This document shows, in pieces, positions 1-11,640 of a DNA stretch of 19,451 nucleotides. The stretch comes from a virus. Lineage: Duplodnaviria; Heunggongvirae; Uroviricota; Caudoviricetes. The stretch is taken from IMG/VR virus record IMGVR_UViG_2576861193_000001. One strand, given 5' to 3'. A model generated the notes under the pieces. That model was not told the origin of the DNA. It made no database searches and saw nothing but the letters and a program-made list of their open reading frames with translations. Within the stretch, counting starts at the first letter, position 1. The number at the start of each line of letters is the position of its first letter. The position numbers and the translations under genes are program-made.

Positions 1-246
1 GCACCTCAAAAACACCATCATACACTAAATCAGTAAGTTGGCAGCATCACCCGAGAACGGATTTAACTAAATCTGTGCGCCACCAGTTAACGGCAGTACC
101 ACGAAACAACCCAAGCCAGTAAGTGGGGAAATAACACCGGCAGCCACTGAAAGATGAACCTCCTGCCTTATGGCAAAAAAGATTCTTTGTGGTGGCGGAC
201 TGATGGAAAGACATCCTAATTTCAGCCAAACATTGAAGGAGTTGTT

Positions 247-318
247 ATGTCAGCAGAAGGTTTCAATAACCCATCAAAATTCCGGGATGAGTGGGATAGC
301 AGCGTAAAGAGTAAGTGA
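247..318 (+). CDS. Possible 23-aa micro-ORF (MSAEGFNNPSKFRDEWDSSVKSK); speculative
   Basis: Canonical Shine-Dalgarno AAGGAG at 236..241, 5-nt spacer, ATG at 247, TGA at 316..318. Below the 60-aa cutoff of the ORF track. No homology recognised. Confidence 0.25.
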   Translation: MSAEGFNNPSKFRDEWDSSVKSK

Positions 319-610
319 TGCCATCACAAAAGCCATTCCCTACAGAGTGGCTTTGATAATGGCTTATACCCTACACGGGATAACTTAACTGATATCCCTT
401 TTAAAGGATAAAGGTATTCAAGCCTGACACATCATGCGCTGTATCGTCGCCGTATTCCCGCATTAACCATGACCGTAGCCCGACGGGGAATTCCTTCTGC
501 GTGAGTGTGCGGGAATAATCAAAAACGATGCACACCGGGGTTACCGGGTACACATATTTCATCATGCCAGCGAGTCCGGTTCTGGCACGGAAGAAACCGG
601 ACGTTATGAT

Positions 611-1021
611 TTAGTGCGGAAATATTTGTGTAGTGTTCTGAATGTTCTCAGTAAAGAGTAATGAATTATCAAAGGTATAGTAATATCTTTTTTGTTCGTG
701 GATATTTGTAACCCACCGAAAAACTCCTGCTTTAGCAAGGTTTCTTCTGTATTCCTGAAATGTGATCTCTCTGGATTTCAGCTTATTAGAGGTCGTTTCT
801 ATAAGATGCCTATCCTTTGAAAATTTGACAGACACAATGTTTTTTAGGCCCTTTAATAACACTGTATTATCATTTTTTAATACAATATGAACATTCTCTG
901 TGGCTAAATAGTAAATGTAATGTGAGACATTGTGACGTTTTAGCTCAGAATAAAACCATTGATAGTTTAAATCGTTTCGAACTTTATCAAATATTTGTTT
1001 AAAAATGACTACCTGATCCAT
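611..1021 (-). CDS. Hypothetical cos-proximal moron protein, 136 aa from the second ATG (141 aa if started at 1036); possibly YbcV/DUF1398-like
   Basis: Open frame 611..1036 on the minus strand in a visibly AT-rich segment. The ATG at 1021 is preceded by GGAAGG at about 7 nt, whereas the ATG at 1036 has no SD. Family assignment is from recollection of cryptic-prophage gene context (borD-ybcV-ylcI-nohD in DLP12), not verified. Confidence 0.55.
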   Translation of the reverse strand: MDQVVIFKQIFDKVRNDLNYQWFYSELKRHNVSHYIYYLATENVHIVLKNDNTVLLKGLKNIVSVKFSKDRHLIETTSNKLKSREITFQEYRRNLAKAGVFRWVTNIHEQKRYYYTFDNSLLFTENIQNTTQIFPH

Positions 1022-1078
1022 AGATAAACCTTCCATGTGATATGAGGGGGCGTAGTCTGCACGATTATCTAAATTGCT

Positions 1079-1312
1079 TCAATCTGGTCTGACCTGTTTT
1101 CTGAGCAATTCAGTAATGTCACTCTTTTCTTTGTTTGCTTCAGGAGAAACTCTTTTTTCTGAGCACAGTCTCCGGCGGCAGGCTTCAATGACCCAGGCTG
1201 AGAAATTCCCGGACCCTTTTTGCTCAAGAGCGATGTTAATTTGTTCAATCATTTGGTTAGGAAAGCGGATGTTGCGGGTTGTTGTTCTGCGGGTTCTGTT
1301 CTTCGTTGACAT
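1079..1312 (-). CDS. Small ribbon-helix-helix (Arc/MetJ-like) DNA-binding protein, likely YlcI/YnfO (DUF3950) family
   Basis: 77-aa ORF with basic N-terminus, a beta-strand-like RNIRFP, helix NQMIEQINIALEQ, glycine turn KGSGNFS and helix AWVIEACRRRL, which is the RHH pattern. It sits immediately upstream of cos and Nu1, as ylcI/ynfO do in E. coli cryptic prophages (recollection). Confidence 0.65.
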   Translation of the reverse strand: MSTKNRTRRTTTRNIRFPNQMIEQINIALEQKGSGNFSAWVIEACRRRLCSEKRVSPEANKEKSDITELLRKQVRPD

Positions 1313-1481
1313 GAGGTTGTCCCGTATTCAGTGTCGCTGATTTGTATTGTCTGAAGTTGTTTTTACGTTAAGTTGATGCAGATCAATTAATACGATACCT
1401 GCGTCATAATTGATTATTTGACGTGGTTTGATGGCCTCCACGCACGTTGTGATATGTAGATGATAATCATTATCACTTTAC

Positions 1482-1675
1482 GGGTCCTTTCCGGTGATCC
1501 GACAGGTTACGGGGCGGCGACCTCGCGGGTTTTCGCTATTTATGAAAATTTTCCGGTTTAAGGCGTTTCCGTTCTTCTTCGTCATAACTTAATGTTTTTA
1601 TTTAAAATACCCTCTGAAAAGAAAGGAAACGACAGGTGCTGAAAGCGAGCTTTTTGGCCTCTGTCGTTTCCTTTC
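1482..1675 (+). other. cos: cos site: cosQ (GGGTCCT 1482..1488), cosN (12-nt cohesive-end sequence GGGCGGCGACCT 1512..1523), cosB with three Nu1-binding R elements and an AT-rich IHF-site region
   Basis: The lambda right-end sequence ...CCGACAGGTTACG is directly followed by the left-end GGGCGGCGACCTCGCGGGTTTTCGC. Heptamer CGTTTCC occurs at 1564..1570 and 1665..1671, and its reverse complement GGAAACG at 1625..1631 (R3, R1, R2). An AT-rich stretch 1586..1612 lies between R3 and R2. Confidence 0.88.
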
Positions 1676-1700
1676 TCTGTTTTTGTCCGTGGAATGAACA

Positions 1701-2220
1701 ATGGAAGTCAACAAAAAGCAGCTGGCTGACATTTTCGGTGCGAGTATCCGTACCATTCAGAACTGGCAGGAACAGGGAATGCCCGTTCTGCGAGGCGGTG
1801 GCAAGGGTAATGAGGTGCTTTATGACTCTGCCGCCGTCATAAAATGGTATGCCGAAAGGGATGCTGAAATTGAGAACGAAAAGCTGCGCCGGGAGGTTGA
1901 AGAACTGCGGCAGGCCAGCGAGGCAGATCTCCAGCCAGGAACTATTGAGTACGAACGCCATCGACTTACGCGTGCGCAGGCCGACGCACAGGAACTGAAG
2001 AATGCCAGAGACTCCGCTGAAGTGGTGGAAACCGCATTCTGTACTTTCGTGTTGTCGCGGATCGCAGGTGAAATTGCCAGTATTCTCGACGGGCTCCCCC
2101 TGTCGGTGCAGCGGCGTTTTCCGGAACTGGAAAACCGACATGTTGATTTCCTGAAACGGGATATCATCAAAGCCATGAACAAAGCAGCCGCGCTGGATGA
2201 ACTGATACCGGGGTTGCTGA

Positions 2221-2246
<26 letters not shown>
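1701..2246 (+). CDS. nu1: Terminase small subunit Nu1
   Basis: 181-aa ORF beginning MEVNKKQLADIFGASIRTIQNWQEQGMPVLRGGGKGNEVLYDS, recognised as lambda gpNu1 (winged HTH). It lies immediately downstream of cosB. Confidence 0.97.
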
Positions 2247-5927
<3,681 letters not shown>

Positions 5928-5947
<20 letters not shown>

Positions 5948-7247
5948 TCTCCCGCATATTGCCAGCATGGCCTTTAATGAGCCGCTTATGCTTGAACCCG
6001 CCTATGCGCGGGTTTTCTTTTGTGCGCTTGCAGGCCAGCTTGGGATCAGCCGCCTGACGGATGCGGTGTCCGGCGACAGCCTGACTGCCGGAGAGGCACC
6101 CGCGAAGCTGGCGTTATCCGTTAATGATGACGGACCACGACAGGCCCGCAGTTATCAGGTCATGAACGGCATCGCCGTGCTGCCGGTTTCCGGCACGCTG
6201 GTCAGCCGGACGCGGGCGCTGCAGCCGTATTCGGGGATGACCGGTTACAACGGCATTATCGCCCGTCTGCAACAGGCTGCCAGCGACCCGATGGTGGACG
6301 GCATTCTGCTGGATATGGACACGCCCGGCGGAATGGTGGCAGGGGCATTTGACTGCGCTGACATCATCGTCCGTGTGCGTGACATAAAGCCGGTATGGGC
6401 GCTGGCCAATGACATGAACTGCAGCGCAGGTCAGCTGCTTGCCAGTGCCGCCTCCCGGCGTCTGGTCACGCAGACCGCCCGGACAGGCTCCATCGGCGTC
6501 ATGATGGCTCACAGTAATTACGGTGCTGCGCTGGAGAAACAGGGCGTGGAAATCACGCTGATTTACAGCGGCAGCCATAAGGTGGATGGCAACCCCTACA
6601 GCCATCTTCCGGATGACGTCCGGGAGACACTGCAGTCCCGGATGGACGCAACCCGCCGGATGTTTGCGCAGAAGGTGTCGGCATATACCGGCCTGTCCGT
6701 GCAGGCTGTGCTGGATACCGAGGCTGCAGTGTACAGCGGTCAGGAGGCCATTGATGCCGGACTGGCTGATGAACTTGTCAACAGCACCGATGCGATCACC
6801 GTTATGCGTGATGCACTGGATGCACGTAAATCCCGTCTCTCAGGAGGGCGAATGACCAAAGAGACTCAATCAACAACTGTTTCAGCCACTGCTTCGCAGG
6901 CTGACGTTACTGACGTGGTGCCAGCGACGGAGGGCGAAAACGCCAGCGCGGCGCAGCCGGACGTGAACGCGCAGATCACCGCTGCGGTTGCGGCAGAAAA
7001 CAGCCGCATTATGGGGATCCTCAACTGTGAGGAGGCTCACGGACGCGAAGAACAGGCCCGCGTGCTGGCCGAAACCCCCGGTATGACCGTGGAAACGGCC
7101 CGCCGCATTCTGGCAGCTGCACCACAGAGTGCACAGGCGCGCAGTGACACTGCGCTGGATCGTCTGATGCAGGGGGCACCGGCACCGCTGGCTGCAGGTA
7201 ACCCGGCATCTGATGCCGTTAACGATTTGCTGAACACACCAGTGTAA
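5928..7247 (+). CDS. C: Prohead protease / minor capsid protein C
   Basis: GTG start at 5928 preceded by GAGGAGGAG at 5914..5922, giving the 439-aa length I recall for lambda gpC (VTAELRNLPHIASMAFNEPLMLEP...). Overlaps the B 3' end by 20 nt. The ORF-track start at 5814 is rejected. Confidence 0.93.
6642..7247 (+). CDS. nu3: Capsid scaffolding protein Nu3 (in-frame internal start within C)
   Basis: In-frame ATG at 6642 gives a 201-aa product sharing the C-terminus of C, which is the lambda C/Nu3 nested arrangement (established knowledge). The ATG position was verified in the sequence. Confidence 0.85.
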   Translation: MDATRRMFAQKVSAYTGLSVQAVLDTEAAVYSGQEAIDAGLADELVNSTDAITVMRDALDARKSRLSGGRMTKETQSTTVSATASQADVTDVVPATEGENASAAQPDVNAQITAAVAAENSRIMGILNCEEAHGREEQARVLAETPGMTVETARRILAAAPQSAQARSDTALDRLMQGAPAPLAAGNPASDAVNDLLNTPV

Positions 7248-7256
7248 GGGATGTTT

Positions 7257-7589
7257 ATGACGAGCAAAGAAACCTTTACCCATTACCAGCCGCTGGGCAA
7301 CAGTGACCCGGCTCATACCGCAACCGCGCCCGGCGGATTGAGTGCGAAAGCGCCTGCAATGACCCCGCTGATGCTGGACACCTCCACCCGTAAGCTGGTT
7401 GCGTGGGATGGCACCACCGACGGTGCTGCCGTTGGCATTCTTGCAGTTGCTGCTGACCAGACCAGCACCACACTGACGTTCTACAAGTCCGGCACGTTCC
7501 GTTATGAGGATGTGCTCTGGCCGGAGGCTGCCAGCAACGAGACGAAAAAACGGACCGCGTTTGCCGGAACGGCAATCAGCATCGTTTAA
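7257..7589 (+). CDS. D: Head decoration protein D
   Basis: 110-aa product [27 protein letters not shown]... recognised as lambda gpD. AAGGG lies upstream of the ATG at 7257; the alternative ATG at 7251 lacks an SD. Confidence 0.95.
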   Translation: MTSKETFTHYQPLGNSDPAHTATAPGGLSAKAPAMTPLMLDTSTRKLVAWDGTTDGAAVGILAVAADQTSTTLTFYKSGTFRYEDVLWPEAASNETKKRTAFAGTAISIV

Positions 7590-7606
7590 CTTTACCCTTC
7601 ATCACT

Positions 7607-7631
7607 AAAGGCCGCCTGTGCGGCTTTTTTT
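7607..7631 (+). terminator. Intrinsic-terminator-like hairpin between D and E (GCCGC-ctgt-GCGGC followed by T7)
   Basis: 5-bp GC stem 7611..7615 / 7620..7624 with a 4-nt loop, followed by TTTTTTT at 7625..7631. Seen directly; function inferred. Confidence 0.4.
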
Positions 7632-7644
7632 ACGGGATTTTTTT

Positions 7645-8670
7645 ATGTCGATGTACACAACCGCCCAGCTGCTGGCGGCAAATGAGCAGAAATTTAAGTT
7701 TGATCCGCTGTTTCTGCGTCTCTTTTTCCGTGAGAGCTATCCCTTCACTACGGAGAAAGTCTATCTCTCACAAATTCCGGGACTGGTAAACATGGCGCTG
7801 TACGTTTCGCCGATTGTTTCCGGTGAGGTTATCCGTTCCCGTGGCGGCTCCACCTCTGAATTTACGCCGGGATATGTCAAACCCAAGCATGAGGTGAATC
7901 CGCAGATGACCCTGCGTCGCCTGCCGGATGAAGATCCGCAGAATCTGGCGGACCCGGCTTACCGCCGCCGTCGCATCATCATGCAGAACATGCGTGACGA
8001 AGAGCTGGCCATTGCTCAGGTCGAAGAGATGCAGGCAGTTTCTGCCGTGCTCAAGGGCAAATACACCATGACCGGTGAAGCCTTCGATCCGGTTGAGGTG
8101 GATATGGGCCGCAGTGCGGCGAACAACATCACACAGTCCGGCGTCACGGAGTGGAGCAAGCGTGACAAGTCCACGTATGACCCGACCGACGATATCGAAG
8201 CCTACGCGCTGAACGCCAGCGGTGTGGTGAATATCATCGTGTTTGACCCGAAAGGCTGGGCGCTGTTCCGTTCCTTCAAAGCCGTCAAGGAGAAGCTGGA
8301 TACCCGTCGCGGCTCTCATTCCGAGCTGGAGACAGCGGTAAAAGACCTGGGCAAAGCGGTGTCCTATAAGGGGATGTATGGCGATGTGGCCATCGTCGTG
8401 TATTCCGGACAGTACGTGGAAAACGGCGTCAAAAAGAACTTCCTGCCGGACAACACGATGGTGCTGGGGAACACTCAGGCTCGCGGTCTGCGCACCTATG
8501 GCTGCATTCAGGATGCGGACGCACAGCGCGAAGGCATTAACGCTTCTGCCCGTTACCCGAAAAACTGGGTGACCACCGGCGATCCGGCGCGTGAGTTCAC
8601 CATGATTCAGTCAGCACCGCTGATGCTGCTGGCTGACCCTGATGAGTTCGTGTCCGTACAACTGGCGTAA
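7645..8670 (+). CDS. E: Major capsid protein E (HK97 fold)
   Basis: 341-aa product MSMYTTAQLLAANEQKFKFDPLFLRLFFRESYPF... recognised as lambda gpE. The ORF-track GTG start at 7618 lies inside the upstream hairpin and is rejected. Confidence 0.97.
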   Translation: MSMYTTAQLLAANEQKFKFDPLFLRLFFRESYPFTTEKVYLSQIPGLVNMALYVSPIVSGEVIRSRGGSTSEFTPGYVKPKHEVNPQMTLRRLPDEDPQNLADPAYRRRRIIMQNMRDEELAIAQVEEMQAVSAVLKGKYTMTGEAFDPVEVDMGRSAANNITQSGVTEWSKRDKSTYDPTDDIEAYALNASGVVNIIVFDPKGWALFRSFKAVKEKLDTRRGSHSELETAVKDLGKAVSYKGMYGDVAIVVYSGQYVENGVKKNFLPDNTMVLGNTQARGLRTYGCIQDADAQREGINASARYPKNWVTTGDPAREFTMIQSAPLMLLADPDEFVSVQLA

Positions 8671-8711
8671 TCATGGCCCTTCGGGGCCATTTTCTCTCTG
8701 TGGAGGAGTCC

Positions 8712-9107
8712 ATGACGAAAGATGAACTGATTGTCCGTCTCCGGTCGCTGGGTGAGCAACTGAACCGTGATGTCAGCCTGACGGGGACGAAAGAAGAACT
8801 GGCGCTCCGTGTGGCAGAGCTGGAAGAGGAGCTTGATGACACGGATGACGGAGCCGGTCAGGACTCGTCTGTCAGCCCGGAAAATGCGCTGACCGGACAT
8901 GAAAATGAGGTGGTATCAGCACAGACGGATACCGTGACTGATACGGCTGCTCTGGTCACGGTTGTGGCACTGGTGACGCTGCATACCGATGCACTTCACG
9001 CCACGCGGGATGAACCTGTGGCATTTGTGCTGCCGGGAACGGCGTTTCGTGTCTCTGCCGGTGTGGCAGCCGAAATGACAGAACGTGGCCTGGCCAGAAT
9101 GCAATAA
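8712..9107 (+). CDS. FI: DNA-packaging accessory protein FI
   Basis: Product MTKDELIVRLRSLGEQLNRDVSLTGTKEELALRVAELEEELDD... recognised as lambda gpFI. GGAGG at 8702..8706 precedes the ATG at 8712. 131 aa here. Confidence 0.93.
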   Translation: MTKDELIVRLRSLGEQLNRDVSLTGTKEELALRVAELEEELDDTDDGAGQDSSVSPENALTGHENEVVSAQTDTVTDTAALVTVVALVTLHTDALHATRDEPVAFVLPGTAFRVSAGVAAEMTERGLARMQ

Positions 9108-9118
9108 CGGGAGGCGCT

Positions 9119-9472
9119 GTGGCTGATTTCGATAACCTGTTCGATGCTGCCATTGCCCGCGCCGATGAAACGATACGCGGGTACATGGGAACGTCAGCCA
9201 CCATGACATCCGGTGAGCAGTCAGGTGCGGTGATACGTGGTGTTTTTGATGACCCTGAAAATATCAGCTATGCCGGACAGGGCGTGCGCGTTGAAGGCTC
9301 CAGCCCGTCCCTGTTTGTCCGGACTGATGAGGTGCGGCAGCTGCGGCGTGGAGACACGCTGACCATCGGTGAGGAAAATTTCTGGGTAGATCGGGTTTCG
9401 CCGGATGATGGCGGAAGTTGTCATCTCTGGCTTGGACGGGGCGTACCGCCTGCCGTTAACCGTCGCCGCTGA
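9119..9472 (+). CDS. FII: Head-tail connector protein FII
   Basis: 117-aa ORF with GTG start preceded by GGGAGG; MADFDNLFDAAIARADETIRGYMG... recognised as lambda gpFII. Confidence 0.95.
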   Translation: MADFDNLFDAAIARADETIRGYMGTSATMTSGEQSGAVIRGVFDDPENISYAGQGVRVEGSSPSLFVRTDEVRQLRRGDTLTIGEENFWVDRVSPDDGGSCHLWLGRGVPPAVNRRR

Positions 9473-9483
9473 AAGGGGGATGT

Positions 9484-10062
9484 ATGGCCATAAAAGGTCT
9501 TGAGCAGGCCGTTGAAAACCTCAGCCGTATCAGCAAAACGGCGGTGCCTGGTGCCGCCGCAATGGCCATTAACCGCGTTGCTTCATCCGCGATATCGCAG
9601 TCGGCGTCACAAGTTGCCCGTGAGACAAAGGTACGCCGGAAACTGGTAAAGGAAAGGGCCAGGCTGAAAAGGGCCACGGTCAAAAATCCGCAGGCCAGAA
9701 TCAAAGTTAACCGGGGGGATTTGCCCGTAATCAAGCTGGGTAATGCGCGGGTTGTCCTTTCGCGCCGCAGGCGTCGTAAAAAGGGGCAGCGTTCATCCCT
9801 GAAAGGTGGCGGCAGCGTGCTTGTGGTGGGTAACCGTCGTATTCCCGGCGCGTTTATTCAGCAACTGAAAAATGGCCGGTGGCATGTCATGCAGCGTGTG
9901 GCCGGGAAAAACCGTTACCCCATTGATGTGGTGAAAATCCCGATGGCGGTGCCGCTGACCACGGCGTTTAAACAAAATATTGAGCGGATACGGCGTGAAC
10001 GTCTTCCGAAAGAGCTGGGCTATGCGCTGCAGCATCAACTGAGGATGGTAATAAAGCGATGA
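9484..10062 (+). CDS. Z: Tail completion protein Z
   Basis: 192-aa ORF MAIKGLEQAVENLSRISKTAVPGAAAMAINRV... recognised as lambda gpZ. Good SD (AAGGGGGA). Confidence 0.95.
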   Translation: MAIKGLEQAVENLSRISKTAVPGAAAMAINRVASSAISQSASQVARETKVRRKLVKERARLKRATVKNPQARIKVNRGDLPVIKLGNARVVLSRRRRRKKGQRSSLKGGGSVLVVGNRRIPGAFIQQLKNGRWHVMQRVAGKNRYPIDVVKIPMAVPLTTAFKQNIERIRRERLPKELGYALQHQLRMVIKR

Positions 10063-10454
10063 AATATACTGAACTCCGTGCAGCCGTACTGGATGCACTG
10101 GAGAAGCATGACACCGGGGCGACGTTTTTTGATGGTCGCCCCGCTGTTTTTGATGAGGCGGATTTTCCGGCAGTTGCCGTTTATCTCACCGGCGCTGAAT
10201 ACACGGGCGAAGAGCTGGACAGCGATACCTGGCAGGCGGAGCTGCATATCGAAGTTTTCCTGCCTGCTCAGGTGCCGGATTCAGAGCTGGATGCGTGGAT
10301 GGAGTCCCGGATTTATCCGGTGATGAGCGATATCCCGGCACTGTCAGATTTGATCACCAGTATGGTGGCCAGCGGCTATGACTACCGGCGCGACGATGAT
10401 GCGGGCCTGTGGAGTTCAGCCGATCTGACTTATGTCATTACCTATGAAATGTGA
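10059..10454 (+). CDS. U: Tail terminator protein U
   Basis: 131-aa [51 protein letters not shown]... recognised as lambda gpU. ATGA overlap with the Z stop. Confidence 0.96.
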   Translation: MKYTELRAAVLDALEKHDTGATFFDGRPAVFDEADFPAVAVYLTGAEYTGEELDSDTWQAELHIEVFLPAQVPDSELDAWMESRIYPVMSDIPALSDLITSMVASGYDYRRDDDAGLWSSADLTYVITYEM

Positions 10455-10461
10455 GGACGCT

Positions 10462-11202
10462 ATGCCTGTACCAAATCCTACAATGCCGGTGAAAGGTGCC
10501 GGGACCACCCTGTGGGTTTATAAGGGGAGCGGTGACCCTTATGCGAATCCGCTTTCAGACGTTGACTGGTCGCGTCTGGCAAAAGTTAAAGACCTGACGC
10601 CCGGCGAACTGACCGCTGAGTCCTATGACGACAGCTATCTCGATGATGAAGATGCAGACTGGACTGCGACCGGGCAGGGGCAGAAATCTGCCGGAGATAC
10701 CAGCTTCACGCTGGCGTGGATGCCCGGAGAGCAGGGGCAGCAGGCGCTGCTGGCGTGGTTTAATGAAGGTGATACCCGTGCCTATAAAATCCGCTTCCCG
10801 AACGGCACGGTCGATGTGTTCCGTGGCTGGGTCAGCAGTATCGGTAAGGCGGTGACGGCGAAGGAAGTGATTACCCGCACGGTGAAGGTCACCAATGTGG
10901 GACGTCCGTCGATGGCAGAAGATCGCAGCACGGTGACGGCGACAACCGGCATGACGGTGACACCCGCCAGTGCCTCCGTAGTGAAAGGGCAGAGCACCAC
11001 GCTGACCGTGGCATTCCAGCCGGAAGGCGCAACCGACAAGAGCTTCCGTGCGGTGTCTGCGGATAAAACAAAAGCCACCGTGTCGGTCAGTGGTATGACC
11101 ATCACCGTGAAAGGTGTTGCTGCAGGCAAGGTCAACATTCCGGTTGTATCCGGTAATGGTGAACTTGCTGCGGTTGCAGAAATTACCGTCACCGCCAGTT
11201 AA
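10462..11202 (+). CDS. V: Major tail tube protein V (with C-terminal Ig-like domain)
   Basis: 246-aa product [36 protein letters not shown]... recognised as lambda gpV. GAGGA precedes the ATG at 10462; the track start at 10432 is rejected. The C-terminal repeat-like [19 protein letters not shown]... fits the known Ig-like (Big_2) decoration domain. Confidence 0.96.
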   Translation: MPVPNPTMPVKGAGTTLWVYKGSGDPYANPLSDVDWSRLAKVKDLTPGELTAESYDDSYLDDEDADWTATGQGQKSAGDTSFTLAWMPGEQGQQALLAWFNEGDTRAYKIRFPNGTVDVFRGWVSSIGKAVTAKEVITRTVKVTNVGRPSMAEDRSTVTATTGMTVTPASASVVKGQSTTLTVAFQPEGATDKSFRAVSADKTKATVSVSGMTITVKGVAAGKVNIPVVSGNGELAAVAEITVTAS

Positions 11203-11217
11203 TCCGGAGAGTCAGCG

Positions 11218-11640
11218 ATGTTCCTGAAAACCGAATCATTTGAACATAACGGTGTGACCGTCACGCTTTCTGAACTGTCAGCCCTGCAGCGTATTGAGCA
11301 TCTCGCCCTGATGAAACGGCAGGCAGAACAGGCGGAGTCAGACAGCAACCGGAAGTTTACTGTGGAAGACGCCATCAGAACCGGCGCGTTTCTGGTGGCG
11401 ATGTCCCTGTGGCATAACCATCCGCAGAAGACAAAGCTGCCGTCCATGAATGAAGCCGTTAAACAGATTGAGCAGGAAGTGCTTACCACCTGGCCCACGG
11501 AGGCAATTTCTCATGCTGAAAACGTGGTGTACCGGCTGTCTGGTATGTATGAGTTTGTGGTGAATAATGCCCCTGAACAGACAGAGGACGCCGGGCCCGC
11601 AGAGCCTGTTTCTGCGGGAAAGTGTTCGACGGTGAGCTGA
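11218..11640 (+). CDS. G: Tail assembly chaperone G
   Basis: 140-aa ORF MFLKTESFEHNGVTVTLSELSALQRIEHLALMKRQAEQ... recognised as lambda gpG. Confidence 0.95.
   Translation: MFLKTESFEHNGVTVTLSELSALQRIEHLALMKRQAEQAESDSNRKFTVEDAIRTGAFLVAMSLWHNHPQKTKLPSMNEAVKQIEQEVLTTWPTEAISHAENVVYRLSGMYEFVVNNAPEQTEDAGPAEPVSAGKCSTVS

Noticed and set aside
47-229. 60-aa minus-strand ORF at the window start
   Set aside because: It begins with TTG, the internal ATG has no properly spaced SD, and I recognise neither a family nor a supporting context. Most likely a chance ORF in noncoding DNA.
1074-1340. 88-aa + strand ORF
   Set aside because: It is exactly antisense to the better-supported ribbon-helix-helix gene (1079..1312), with no recognisable motif; treated as a shadow ORF.
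7618-7644. GTG-start extension of E, and the similar upstream extensions of D (7251), FI (8673) and V (10432) in the ORF track
   Set aside because: The shorter starts reproduce the lambda N-termini I recall and carry SD-like motifs (D, FI, V). The E extension begins inside the upstream hairpin.
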